The translations under genes and the position numbers were made by a program. From positions 7,376-71,375 of the forward strand of contig JANQFB010000350.1 of NCBI GenBank assembly GCA_028278085.1: 64,000 nucleotides of DNA, read 5' to 3'. The notes below the pieces were generated by a model. That model searched no databases. It saw only the letters and a program-made list of their open reading frames with translations, and was not told where the DNA came from. Origin of the DNA: Chitinophagales bacterium (GTDB taxonomy: Bacteria; Bacteroidota; Bacteroidia; Chitinophagales; JANQFB01). The stretch's first letter is position 1. Every line of letters starts with the position of its first letter. Of this stretch, positions 46,435 to 54,145 are shown one piece after another.

Positions 46435-49400
46435 ATGAAAAACGTAAAAACACGGATAACTCTGATCCTGGTCCTTTCCATATGTTGCGCTCTGCCTGTG
46501 ATGAGCCAATCTCAAAAAACAGCTAAGAAACCGGCAAAATCCAAAAAGATAAGACCGGCCGGTTATACCTTACCCAAGATCACCTATAAACCGGCAACGA
46601 GCCCTGTCTACCGTCAAGCGGGCACCATGAAGGTCAGGACCATGCCCAAATTACAGCGGGCCTACCTGGCCAAAGACCGCAGTCAGTTAAAGGCCCTTGC
46701 CGTACACAGGCAACCGGAAACCGGGCAAGTGATACTGCTTAAAACCGCAGGCAAAGCCTATGATCCCGCTGCCATGCTCACCGACCGGCAAGTGGAAGAC
46801 GCCAGTATAGCCTATTTGGAAAGCGCTGCGGCCGTACTCGGCCTGGAAAATGTCAAAGGATCATTCGACCTGTCCGTCCATCATCGGGATAAGCTCGGGC
46901 ATACCCATGTGAAGCTGCAGCAATACTACCGGGGAATACCGGTATATGCTTCCGAGATCATGGTCCATTTCAGGACCAACGGGGAGCAAGTCGTGAACGG
47001 CAGGTATGAGGCCAGCCCCAAAGGACTGAACGTGTCACCGACGATTACCGCCCGGGCGTCCGAGGACCTGGCCAAGATCCATCTCGGACAGCGCAGCCGG
47101 TTCATTGAAAAGCAACCGAGGATCAAAGGATCGCTGAATTTGCGGGAAACCGAAACCGAGCTGGTTATCCTTGGACAACTCTATACCAAAGGCAAGCCGG
47201 AACTGGTATGGCATCATACCTTATATCCGAATTTCTTAGAGCGATGGGAATATTTCGTCAATGCCCATACGGGTGAAATCACCTTGTTTTACGATCATAC
47301 CTGCTCGATCGACCCGGATGTGGCCACAGCCACCGACCTCAACGGCGACGACCGGACGATCAATGTATACGAAGAAGCCGGCACCTATTATATGCTGGAT
47401 ATTTCCCGCGGGATGTTCAATGCGAACCAGTCCGATCTTCCCGACGATCCGGTTGGCGCCATCTGGACCATCGATGCTCAAAACACAGACCTGGACAATA
47501 TATTCCAGGTAAGCTCGCCCAACAACACCTGGACCGATGCTTCTGCTGTTTCCGCCCATTTCAACGCCGGACTTACCTTCGAATATTTTTTAAATACCCA
47601 TGGCCGGAATTCTATCGACGGTAATGGTGGCACCATTATTTCGGTTGTTAACGTTACCAGTAATGGCAATCCGATGGACAACGCCTACTGGAACGGACAG
47701 GTTATGGCTTATGGTAACGGCGACCAGGCCTTCACTCCCCTGGCAGGAGCCCTCGATGTTGCCGCTCATGAAATGACGCATGGTGTGATCTCCAAAACCG
47801 CGAACCTGGAATATATGTTCCAATCAGGGGCGATCAACGAATCGATTGCCGATATTTTCGGAGCTATGGTCGACCGGGACGATTGGCAACTGGGGGAAGA
47901 TATTTGCCTGCAATCCGTATTTCCATCGGGAGCCCTGAGAGACCTGGAAGACCCGCATAACGGCGGGACACCCGACGATTTCTTCTATCAGCCCGCGAAT
48001 ATGTCCGAATTTCAGGACCTGTCATCCTTCCAGGATAATGGTGGCGTCCATATCAACAGCGGCATCCCCAATCATGCCTTTTTCCGCTATGCCACCGCCA
48101 TTGGAAAGGACGATGCCGAAGATGTGTATTACAAAGCCTTAACCGATTACCTGACACGGTCTTCCCAATTCATTGATCTGAGGATTGCTGTAATACAGGC
48201 GGCCACCGATCTGTTCGGTGCGAGTTCTACACAGGTTACGGAAGCCCGGAATGCCTTCGATGACGTGGAAATATTCGATGCCAACGGCGGCAATTATGAA
48301 GTCGACCTGAGCGAACACGAAGGGCAGGACTGGATCCTGGGCTATGATATTAACCCGGCCAATTCGCATACCTTTTTTATTTCCGATATTACCGGTAGCC
48401 CGACCAGCTTTGAAGCGCTCACCACAACTGTTTCCAAAAGAAAACCGAGTATCCCCGATGCCGGGGGCTTCGCTTTGTTTGTGGACACCGATAACAATAT
48501 CAAGATCTTCGACACCGATAAAGATTCCACCAAAGAGGGATATATTACGGATGACGAATTTTGGGATAATGTGGCCGTATCCAAAGACGGTTCTAAATTA
48601 GCCGGGATCTCGATATATGTGGATACCACCATTTATGTCTATGATTTCGGAAAAGAAGAATGGAAAGAATTTACCCTCTACAATCCTACTTTCGATTCAA
48701 CAATTACCACCGGCGGACCTCGATATGCCGATGCCCTGGAATGGGACTATAGCGGAGAATTCCTGATCTATGATGCTTATAACGTCATTGAAAATCCGGG
48801 TGGAGAGGACATCACCTACTGGGATGTGAACTTCATTAAAGTCTGGGATAATACGGCTGATGATTTTGCCGACGGCGAGGTAACCAAATTATTTGCCAGC
48901 TTGCCGGAAGATGTCAGTATCGGCAACCCTATATTTTCCAAAAACTCTCCTTATATCGTGGCTTATGATTATTGGGATGATTTCTCCGGTGACATCTTTG
49001 TGCAGGCCGCCAATATTGAAAACGGAGAAGTCGGTACGATATTCTCCAACGACCTGCTCGGTAATCCTTCCTATTCCAAAAATGACGATCAAATGGTTTT
49101 CACCACCATTATGAGCAGCGATACGGTTATAGGGATCATCGACCTCAAAGACAACAAAATTGAACCCGACGGATCAACGGCTCAGTTGATCATCCTGGCA
49201 AAATGGCCGGTATGGTATTCCAAAGGCCACCGGGTATCCGTCGAAGAGCTCGAAAACTTGTCCGGCGATCCGTTGATACAAGTATTGCCCAATCCGACAA
49301 GTGGCCAGCTCACTATAGAATTCCAATTGGAGGCAAGCCGGGATGTTAACATTACCTTGTATGATATTCACGGCCGGGAAATGGTGCATTTGGCCAGACC

Positions 49401-49521
49401 GGCCATGAATGCCGGCCATCATCGGGAATCCTTGTCGTTGGATCATTTGCCTGCCGGCACCTATATCCTGACCGTTGACAAGGAGCATGTATCCCGGGCC
49501 TGCAGGCTGATAAAATTCTAG
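46435..49521 (+). CDS. Thermolysin-like (M4) metalloprotease with a C-terminal propeller-like region and a T9SS sorting domain
   Basis: 1028 aa with a signal peptide. Motifs: GHTHVKLQQYYRGIPV (propeptide), VAAHEMTHGV, NESIADIFG and GGVHINSGIPNHAF. The C-terminus is VLPNPTSGQLTIEF...GTYILTVDKEHVSRACRLIKF. Confidence 0.9.
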   Translation: MKNVKTRITLILVLSICCALPVMSQSQKTAKKPAKSKKIRPAGYTLPKITYKPATSPVYRQAGTMKVRTMPKLQRAYLAKDRSQLKALAVHRQPETGQVILLKTAGKAYDPAAMLTDRQVEDASIAYLESAAAVLGLENVKGSFDLSVHHRDKLGHTHVKLQQYYRGIPVYASEIMVHFRTNGEQVVNGRYEASPKGLNVSPTITARASEDLAKIHLGQRSRFIEKQPRIKGSLNLRETETELVILGQLYTKGKPELVWHHTLYPNFLERWEYFVNAHTGEITLFYDHTCSIDPDVATATDLNGDDRTINVYEEAGTYYMLDISRGMFNANQSDLPDDPVGAIWTIDAQNTDLDNIFQVSSPNNTWTDASAVSAHFNAGLTFEYFLNTHGRNSIDGNGGTIISVVNVTSNGNPMDNAYWNGQVMAYGNGDQAFTPLAGALDVAAHEMTHGVISKTANLEYMFQSGAINESIADIFGAMVDRDDWQLGEDICLQSVFPSGALRDLEDPHNGGTPDDFFYQPANMSEFQDLSSFQDNGGVHINSGIPNHAFFRYATAIGKDDAEDVYYKALTDYLTRSSQFIDLRIAVIQAATDLFGASSTQVTEARNAFDDVEIFDANGGNYEVDLSEHEGQDWILGYDINPANSHTFFISDITGSPTSFEALTTTVSKRKPSIPDAGGFALFVDTDNNIKIFDTDKDSTKEGYITDDEFWDNVAVSKDGSKLAGISIYVDTTIYVYDFGKEEWKEFTLYNPTFDSTITTGGPRYADALEWDYSGEFLIYDAYNVIENPGGEDITYWDVNFIKVWDNTADDFADGEVTKLFASLPEDVSIGNPIFSKNSPYIVAYDYWDDFSGDIFVQAANIENGEVGTIFSNDLLGNPSYSKNDDQMVFTTIMSSDTVIGIIDLKDNKIEPDGSTAQLIILAKWPVWYSKGHRVSVEELENLSGDPLIQVLPNPTSGQLTIEFQLEASRDVNITLYDIHGREMVHLARPAMNAGHHRESLSLDHLPAGTYILTVDKEHVSRACRLIKF

Positions 49522-49625
49522 GTAGCTACTCGTTTAGTGCCGATTTGAGCTGGTTTCAACAGGCCTTTTGCTCTAAGCTACAGAGCTTTATGTCATAACC
49601 CAATCCAACAAAAATGGAGCCGGCT

Positions 49626-49651
49626 GTAACTTTTCCATTATACCAACCGTC
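49626..49651 (+). promoter_or_regulatory. Candidate ECF-type autoregulated promoter (GTAAC-N17-CGTC)
   Basis: The sequence is TGTAACTTTTCCATTATACCAACCGTCCTA. The -35-like GTAAC is at 49626-49630 and the -10-like CGTC at 49648-49651, 13 nt upstream of the sigma factor ATG. Confidence 0.4.
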
Positions 49652-49663
49652 CTACTGTCGATA

Positions 49664-50149
49664 ATGACCCCGAAAGAGTATAATCAATGCGTGGATCTCT
49701 ATGCAGACAGGGTCTATCGTTTCATCCTGAAAAATATCAAGGATCCAAACGATGCCAATGACATTGTTCAAAACGCATTCGAGATATTATGGAAAAAACA
49801 CAAGGAAGTGAATGTCGAAAAAGCCCGGCAATATTTATTTACCACAGCCTATCATAATATGATCGACTGGATCCGCAAGCATAAGCGAATAGAAAACCAT
49901 GCGGAAATTGAAGAATCCGCCGCTGTGGTCGAAACGGAATATACCGGGCTGAAAGAGATCCTGGCCAAAGCGCTCGAATTATTGCCGGAGGTACAGCGTA
50001 CGGTAGTCCTCCTGCGGGATTATGAAGGCTATTCCTACAAGGAGATCGCTAACATCACCAGCCTGAATGAATCGCAGGTGAAGGTTTATATCTACCGTGC
50101 CAGAACATTTTTAAAGAATCACATCGGAAACATCGCATACGTATTATGA
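49664..50149 (+). CDS. ECF (sigma-70 family) RNA polymerase sigma factor
   Basis: 161 aa. Region 2 is DANDIVQNAFEILWKK...YLFTTAYHNMIDWIRK. Region 4 is LPEVQRTVVLLRDYEGYSYKEIANITSLNESQVKVYIYRAR. Confidence 0.9.
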   Translation: MTPKEYNQCVDLYADRVYRFILKNIKDPNDANDIVQNAFEILWKKHKEVNVEKARQYLFTTAYHNMIDWIRKHKRIENHAEIEESAAVVETEYTGLKEILAKALELLPEVQRTVVLLRDYEGYSYKEIANITSLNESQVKVYIYRARTFLKNHIGNIAYVL

Positions 50150-50925
50150 AAATCACAAGGGAAAACTACGAAGCTTATTTTATCGATTTTATCGAAGGAA
50201 ACCTATCCGAAAAATATTTAGTGCCGTTGGAAGCCTTCCTGGAAGCCAATCCTGACCTGAGAGAAGAACTGAACCTGTTCGAGCAAACCATCCAGGCCCC
50301 GGATCCGCATATCCGATACGCGCATAAATCAAGCCTGAAAAAACCGACCACCGGTTTCTTCCGCTTGAATACCTACGTTATTCCGGCTTTCGCTGCAGCC
50401 GCCGCCATAGTGGTCGGTATCATTCTGATCAACAACTTCCCATTTACCGAAGCAGAGCAGGATCACATATCCTATCAAAACACGCCGGTAATCACTCCGG
50501 AAACGGCTGATATCAACCCTGTGGAAGCAGCTCTACCCGATACGGCCGTATCCGAACCGGTTGCCGAAATAAACGCAGAAAAACCATCGCCGGTATCTCC
50601 TCCAAAAGTCCGGGCAAAAAAAGCCCCGAAAACCGAAGATCCTCCCGTTCAACCCCAAAACGAACCGGCCGTTAACCTGATCGCAGAAAAGGTGGAACAG
50701 CCGGATCCGGAAGTTCAGCCGGTTCCCGAAACGCAACCCGAGCCCATCACCCATAAAGAAGAACCGGCCGTTGCCGAGGAAAAACTAGAACCTGTTGTCG
50801 TAACAGTTATCATGGACGCCCGGTCAAACTTCAGCAATGACAAAGACAGCAGCAATCCCCGGAAGGGACTTAAATTAAAAGGACTGATCGCTCAAGTGAA
50901 AAATCTAAGATCCATTTCCTTATAA
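50146..50925 (+). CDS. Putative anti-sigma factor (single TM, Pro/Glu-rich extracytoplasmic tail)
   Basis: It shows 4-nt start/stop coupling to the sigma gene. The N-terminus is YEAYFIDFIEGNLSEKYLVPLEAFLEANPDLREEL, followed by a TM (VIPAFAAAAAIVVGIILI) and then a PEP-rich region. Confidence 0.5.
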   Translation: MKITRENYEAYFIDFIEGNLSEKYLVPLEAFLEANPDLREELNLFEQTIQAPDPHIRYAHKSSLKKPTTGFFRLNTYVIPAFAAAAAIVVGIILINNFPFTEAEQDHISYQNTPVITPETADINPVEAALPDTAVSEPVAEINAEKPSPVSPPKVRAKKAPKTEDPPVQPQNEPAVNLIAEKVEQPDPEVQPVPETQPEPITHKEEPAVAEEKLEPVVVTVIMDARSNFSNDKDSSNPRKGLKLKGLIAQVKNLRSISL

Positions 50926-51002
50926 ACCCGATAACAGCAACATACGATATCAGGAAGCAAGGAAGTGCCATTTATAAAAATATTAAGCAAAATCTTTCAG
51001 GT

Positions 51003-52094
51003 ATGAAAAATATAGGAAAACAAGCAGGATTGATACTGGCCGCCGGTATATTGATGTGTTTTCAAGCACAGGCAGCCGATCTATTGAGAAAGTTGTCAGA
51101 TACCATTATCATCAACATAGGTGAGAACAAAATCATCATCCAGGTCGACAACCAGGAAGAACTGAAAAAACTCCAACAACACAGTATCGATACCATTATC
51201 GCATCCATCAATAAAGAGATCGATAATATCCGGGATGATCTACAAACCACTGTTGACACCTCTATTCACATCGATCCTACTACCATAGTCGAGGAATATA
51301 GCCTGCCCGGAAAAATAAATATCAAGCTTACCTACCAGGATGATGATGAAGCCTATGAAGAATCCGTAAACATCAGGATACCGAATATTGCCACGTTTAA
51401 GGTAGAATATACGGAAGATAGCGATGGGGATCTATCCAAGGTAGATATTGACTGGGGCAAAGACACTTGTGCAGAGCGCGAAGACAGGCTGGAGTTCGGT
51501 ATGGCCCTGGGATTGAACAACTGGCTCGACCGGACAACCGGAACTTTTCCCAATGGAGTGACCTACGACCTCAATCCCAGCCAGTCGAGATTTGTGAGCC
51601 TGAATTCCAGGTTCGAGTTTCAGGTCGGCAAAAGCCCGAGTCCGGCATTTATCTCCACCGGTTTGTCATTGACCTACAACAATTATATGTTCGATAAAAA
51701 AGTAAGGGTATTCGATGAAAACAATGTTACCGGCTTTTATATCGATACGGTGAACAACGTGCGGAAAAGTAAATTGAGGGCTACCTATATCAGTATCCCA
51801 TTGATGGTCAATTTCGAGTGGGATTGGAGAAACGGTCCGTTTAACAGGGGTTTCCATTTCGGATTTGGGGCAGATGTGGCCTACCGTGTAGGAAGCAAGG
51901 CCATCGCTAAGTTTTCCGGTGGCGGAAAAGAGAAGTTGGCCGGTAACTATAACTTAAATCCTGTCCAGTACGGCTTGATCGCCCAATTCGGTTATGGCCC
52001 CATTACTTTGTTCGGGAAATATAACCTGAGTCCCTTGTTCCTCGATGGAAAGGGGCCGGACGTCAATACCTTTAATATCGGATTTCTCCTTTAG
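51003..52094 (+). CDS. Outer-membrane beta-barrel protein (porin-family-like)
   Basis: 363 aa with a signal peptide. The C-terminal ~190 aa have alternating beta-strand character (YGLIAQFGYGPITLFGKYNLSP...TFNIGFLL). Confidence 0.5.
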   Translation: MKNIGKQAGLILAAGILMCFQAQAADLLRKLSDTIIINIGENKIIIQVDNQEELKKLQQHSIDTIIASINKEIDNIRDDLQTTVDTSIHIDPTTIVEEYSLPGKINIKLTYQDDDEAYEESVNIRIPNIATFKVEYTEDSDGDLSKVDIDWGKDTCAEREDRLEFGMALGLNNWLDRTTGTFPNGVTYDLNPSQSRFVSLNSRFEFQVGKSPSPAFISTGLSLTYNNYMFDKKVRVFDENNVTGFYIDTVNNVRKSKLRATYISIPLMVNFEWDWRNGPFNRGFHFGFGADVAYRVGSKAIAKFSGGGKEKLAGNYNLNPVQYGLIAQFGYGPITLFGKYNLSPLFLDGKGPDVNTFNIGFLL

Positions 52095-53389
52095 AGCCGG
52101 TCTAAAGCATCTTTTACCGCACCGGCAAAAAGATCCAGATCTTTCAATGTCGTATAAACCTGGGGGGTAATCCTGATACCGTTCACATCATCATGGTTGA
52201 TCCGGGTGCAATAAAAATGCCTGTCGGTTTTAATGTACTGATAGATCTTGTGAAGATCTTTTCCGGGAATATTGAAATTACCGATACCGCAGGAGAATTC
52301 GGATTTCATGGAGGTGTTCAGCTTTACCCCAGGATGCGCCCGGACCTTTTCGGCCCAATAATTTTTCAGGTAACGAAGACGGGCCTCTTTTCTCGCCGAT
52401 CCAATGCCATTGTGAAAATCCACTGCCTGGCCGATAGCCATTTCGGTAGGTATGGACCGGGTACCTAAATGTTCGAATTTCCGGATATCGTTCCGGTCGA
52501 AATCTCCGGGTGCGCCCAGTAAAGGCCACACATCGGCAACCTTATCCTTTTTAATGTATAACATTCCGGAGCCAAAAGGTGCACTAAGCCATTTATGCAG
52601 ACTGGTGCCGAAATAATCACAATCCAGATCCGGGATATTAAAATCGAGGTGGCCAAAGGAATGGGCTCCGTCGACGATCACGCCAACGCCCTTCTGACGG
52701 GCCATGCGGCAGATGGCTTTGATGGGAAGGATCTGCCCGGTCAGGAAAACCACATGGCTGACCAATATATATCGGGTGCCGGGGCGAATGGCCTTTTCAT
52801 AGATACTGACAATTTCATTGGCATCTTCAGCCGGAACAGGGAGTTTTACTTTGGTTACAACAATTCCATCTCGTTGTTTTCGCTGTTCCAAGGCATTCAT
52901 CATATTGGGATAGTCCTGGTCGCTGGTGAGGATCTCATCGCCCTTTTTGAGATCCAGACCAAAGATCACGGTATTCAAAGCTTCGGTAGCATTCCGGCAA
53001 ATGCTGATCTCATCCGTAGAGCAACCTGCCAGTTTGCTTAGTTTTTCCCGGATCAACTCCTTACCGGATTTTAAGACCTGCCACATATAGTAAGCCGGGC
53101 CTTCATTGGACAAACGGTTGTAACGGTCCAGGGCATCCTGAACAACCACTGGCTGGGGGCTAACCCCCCCGTTGTTGAGGTTGATATAGTTAGGGGAGGA
53201 AGAATAAGCCTGGCTGATTGAAAACCAGAAGTCTTCATCCATGGCTGCTTCTTCAGGAGACAAATGGTCTACTAAAGCTACAGCGGCTGTTACTTTTTCC
53301 TGGAGCAGCGGGTTAAAAACCGGTGAAGCGAGACTAAATAGGCTGATTCCTCCTACTTGCCTCAAAAAGCTCCTTCTGTGATTGGCCAT
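52091..53389 (-). CDS. Class V aminotransferase-fold PLP enzyme with a twin-arginine signal
   Basis: I prefer ATG at 53389: MANHRRSFLRQVGGISLFSLASP (the RRxFLR TAT motif). The PLP-lysine context is GTSLHKWLSAPFG. The fold-type I features resemble isopenicillin-N-epimerase / cysteine-desulfurase-like enzymes. Confidence 0.8.
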   Translation of the reverse strand: MANHRRSFLRQVGGISLFSLASPVFNPLLQEKVTAAVALVDHLSPEEAAMDEDFWFSISQAYSSSPNYINLNNGGVSPQPVVVQDALDRYNRLSNEGPAYYMWQVLKSGKELIREKLSKLAGCSTDEISICRNATEALNTVIFGLDLKKGDEILTSDQDYPNMMNALEQRKQRDGIVVTKVKLPVPAEDANEIVSIYEKAIRPGTRYILVSHVVFLTGQILPIKAICRMARQKGVGVIVDGAHSFGHLDFNIPDLDCDYFGTSLHKWLSAPFGSGMLYIKKDKVADVWPLLGAPGDFDRNDIRKFEHLGTRSIPTEMAIGQAVDFHNGIGSARKEARLRYLKNYWAEKVRAHPGVKLNTSMKSEFSCGIGNFNIPGKDLHKIYQYIKTDRHFYCTRINHDDVNGIRITPQVYTTLKDLDLFAGAVKDALDRL

Positions 53390-53655
53390 CGATTTTGCAT
53401 TTTGCGAAGGTAAACTAATGTAGCAGTAGAATTTCCTCCCATCCTTCGCCAGGACCAGGCCATAGCTATTAATCGGTACAGTTGGCTTAAATGAATAGCT
53501 ATATGAGACTATCAAATATAATAAATTTTAATCTGCCAGACAATTTATTGGGTGTGGAACTGATGAATCAGGCCCGGACCAGGTGGATTTTCCAAGGCTC
53601 CTAATTGGAAACGAGGGATGCCATGGCCGGCTAGCCGATACCAAAATTTTCTTCC

Positions 53656-53663
53656 TATATTTG
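53656..53663 (+). promoter_or_regulatory. Bacteroidota-type -7 box TATATTTG upstream of doxX
   Basis: It is an exact match to TAnnTTTG, 52 nt upstream of ATG 53715. Confidence 0.35.
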
Positions 53664-53714
53664 TTTCACTGCGGCTTTTCACCATCCGCACCTTTAAAAT
53701 CATTCGGTGCTACC

Positions 53715-54122
53715 ATGATCATGTTCAAAAATCTCTCGGCATATCAACAGCATGGTTTACTGATCTTGCGTGTGGGGATCGGCCTGATGTTTATGTATCA
53801 TGGCTACCCCAAACTGCTGGGCGGGCCGGATAAGTGGCTGATGCTGGGTGAAAAAATGGAATTTGTCGGTATCGCTTTTTTGCCGGTATTCTGGGGATTC
53901 ATGGCTGCCTTTGCAGAGTTTGTCGGAGGCCTTTGTTTTGCTATCGGATGGATGTTCCGTCCGGCTAGCGCATTACTGGCCATAACCATGATCGTGGCAT
54001 CGGCCTATCATCTGGGTTCGGGAGATGGTCTCGGTGGTTCTTCCCATGCTATCGAAGCCGGGATCTTGTTTATCAGCATGCTTTTCATCGGACCTGGAAA
54101 GTATAGCCTGGACAAAGGTTAA
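53715..54122 (+). CDS. DoxX family membrane protein
   Basis: ATG at 53715 gives MIMFKNLSAYQQHGLLILRVGIGLMFMYHGYPKL... with four TMs. A TATATTTG -7 box lies at 53656-53663. Confidence 0.8.
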   Translation: MIMFKNLSAYQQHGLLILRVGIGLMFMYHGYPKLLGGPDKWLMLGEKMEFVGIAFLPVFWGFMAAFAEFVGGLCFAIGWMFRPASALLAITMIVASAYHLGSGDGLGGSSHAIEAGILFISMLFIGPGKYSLDKG

Positions 54123-54145
54123 AGCATCTTAACATTCAGATACAT

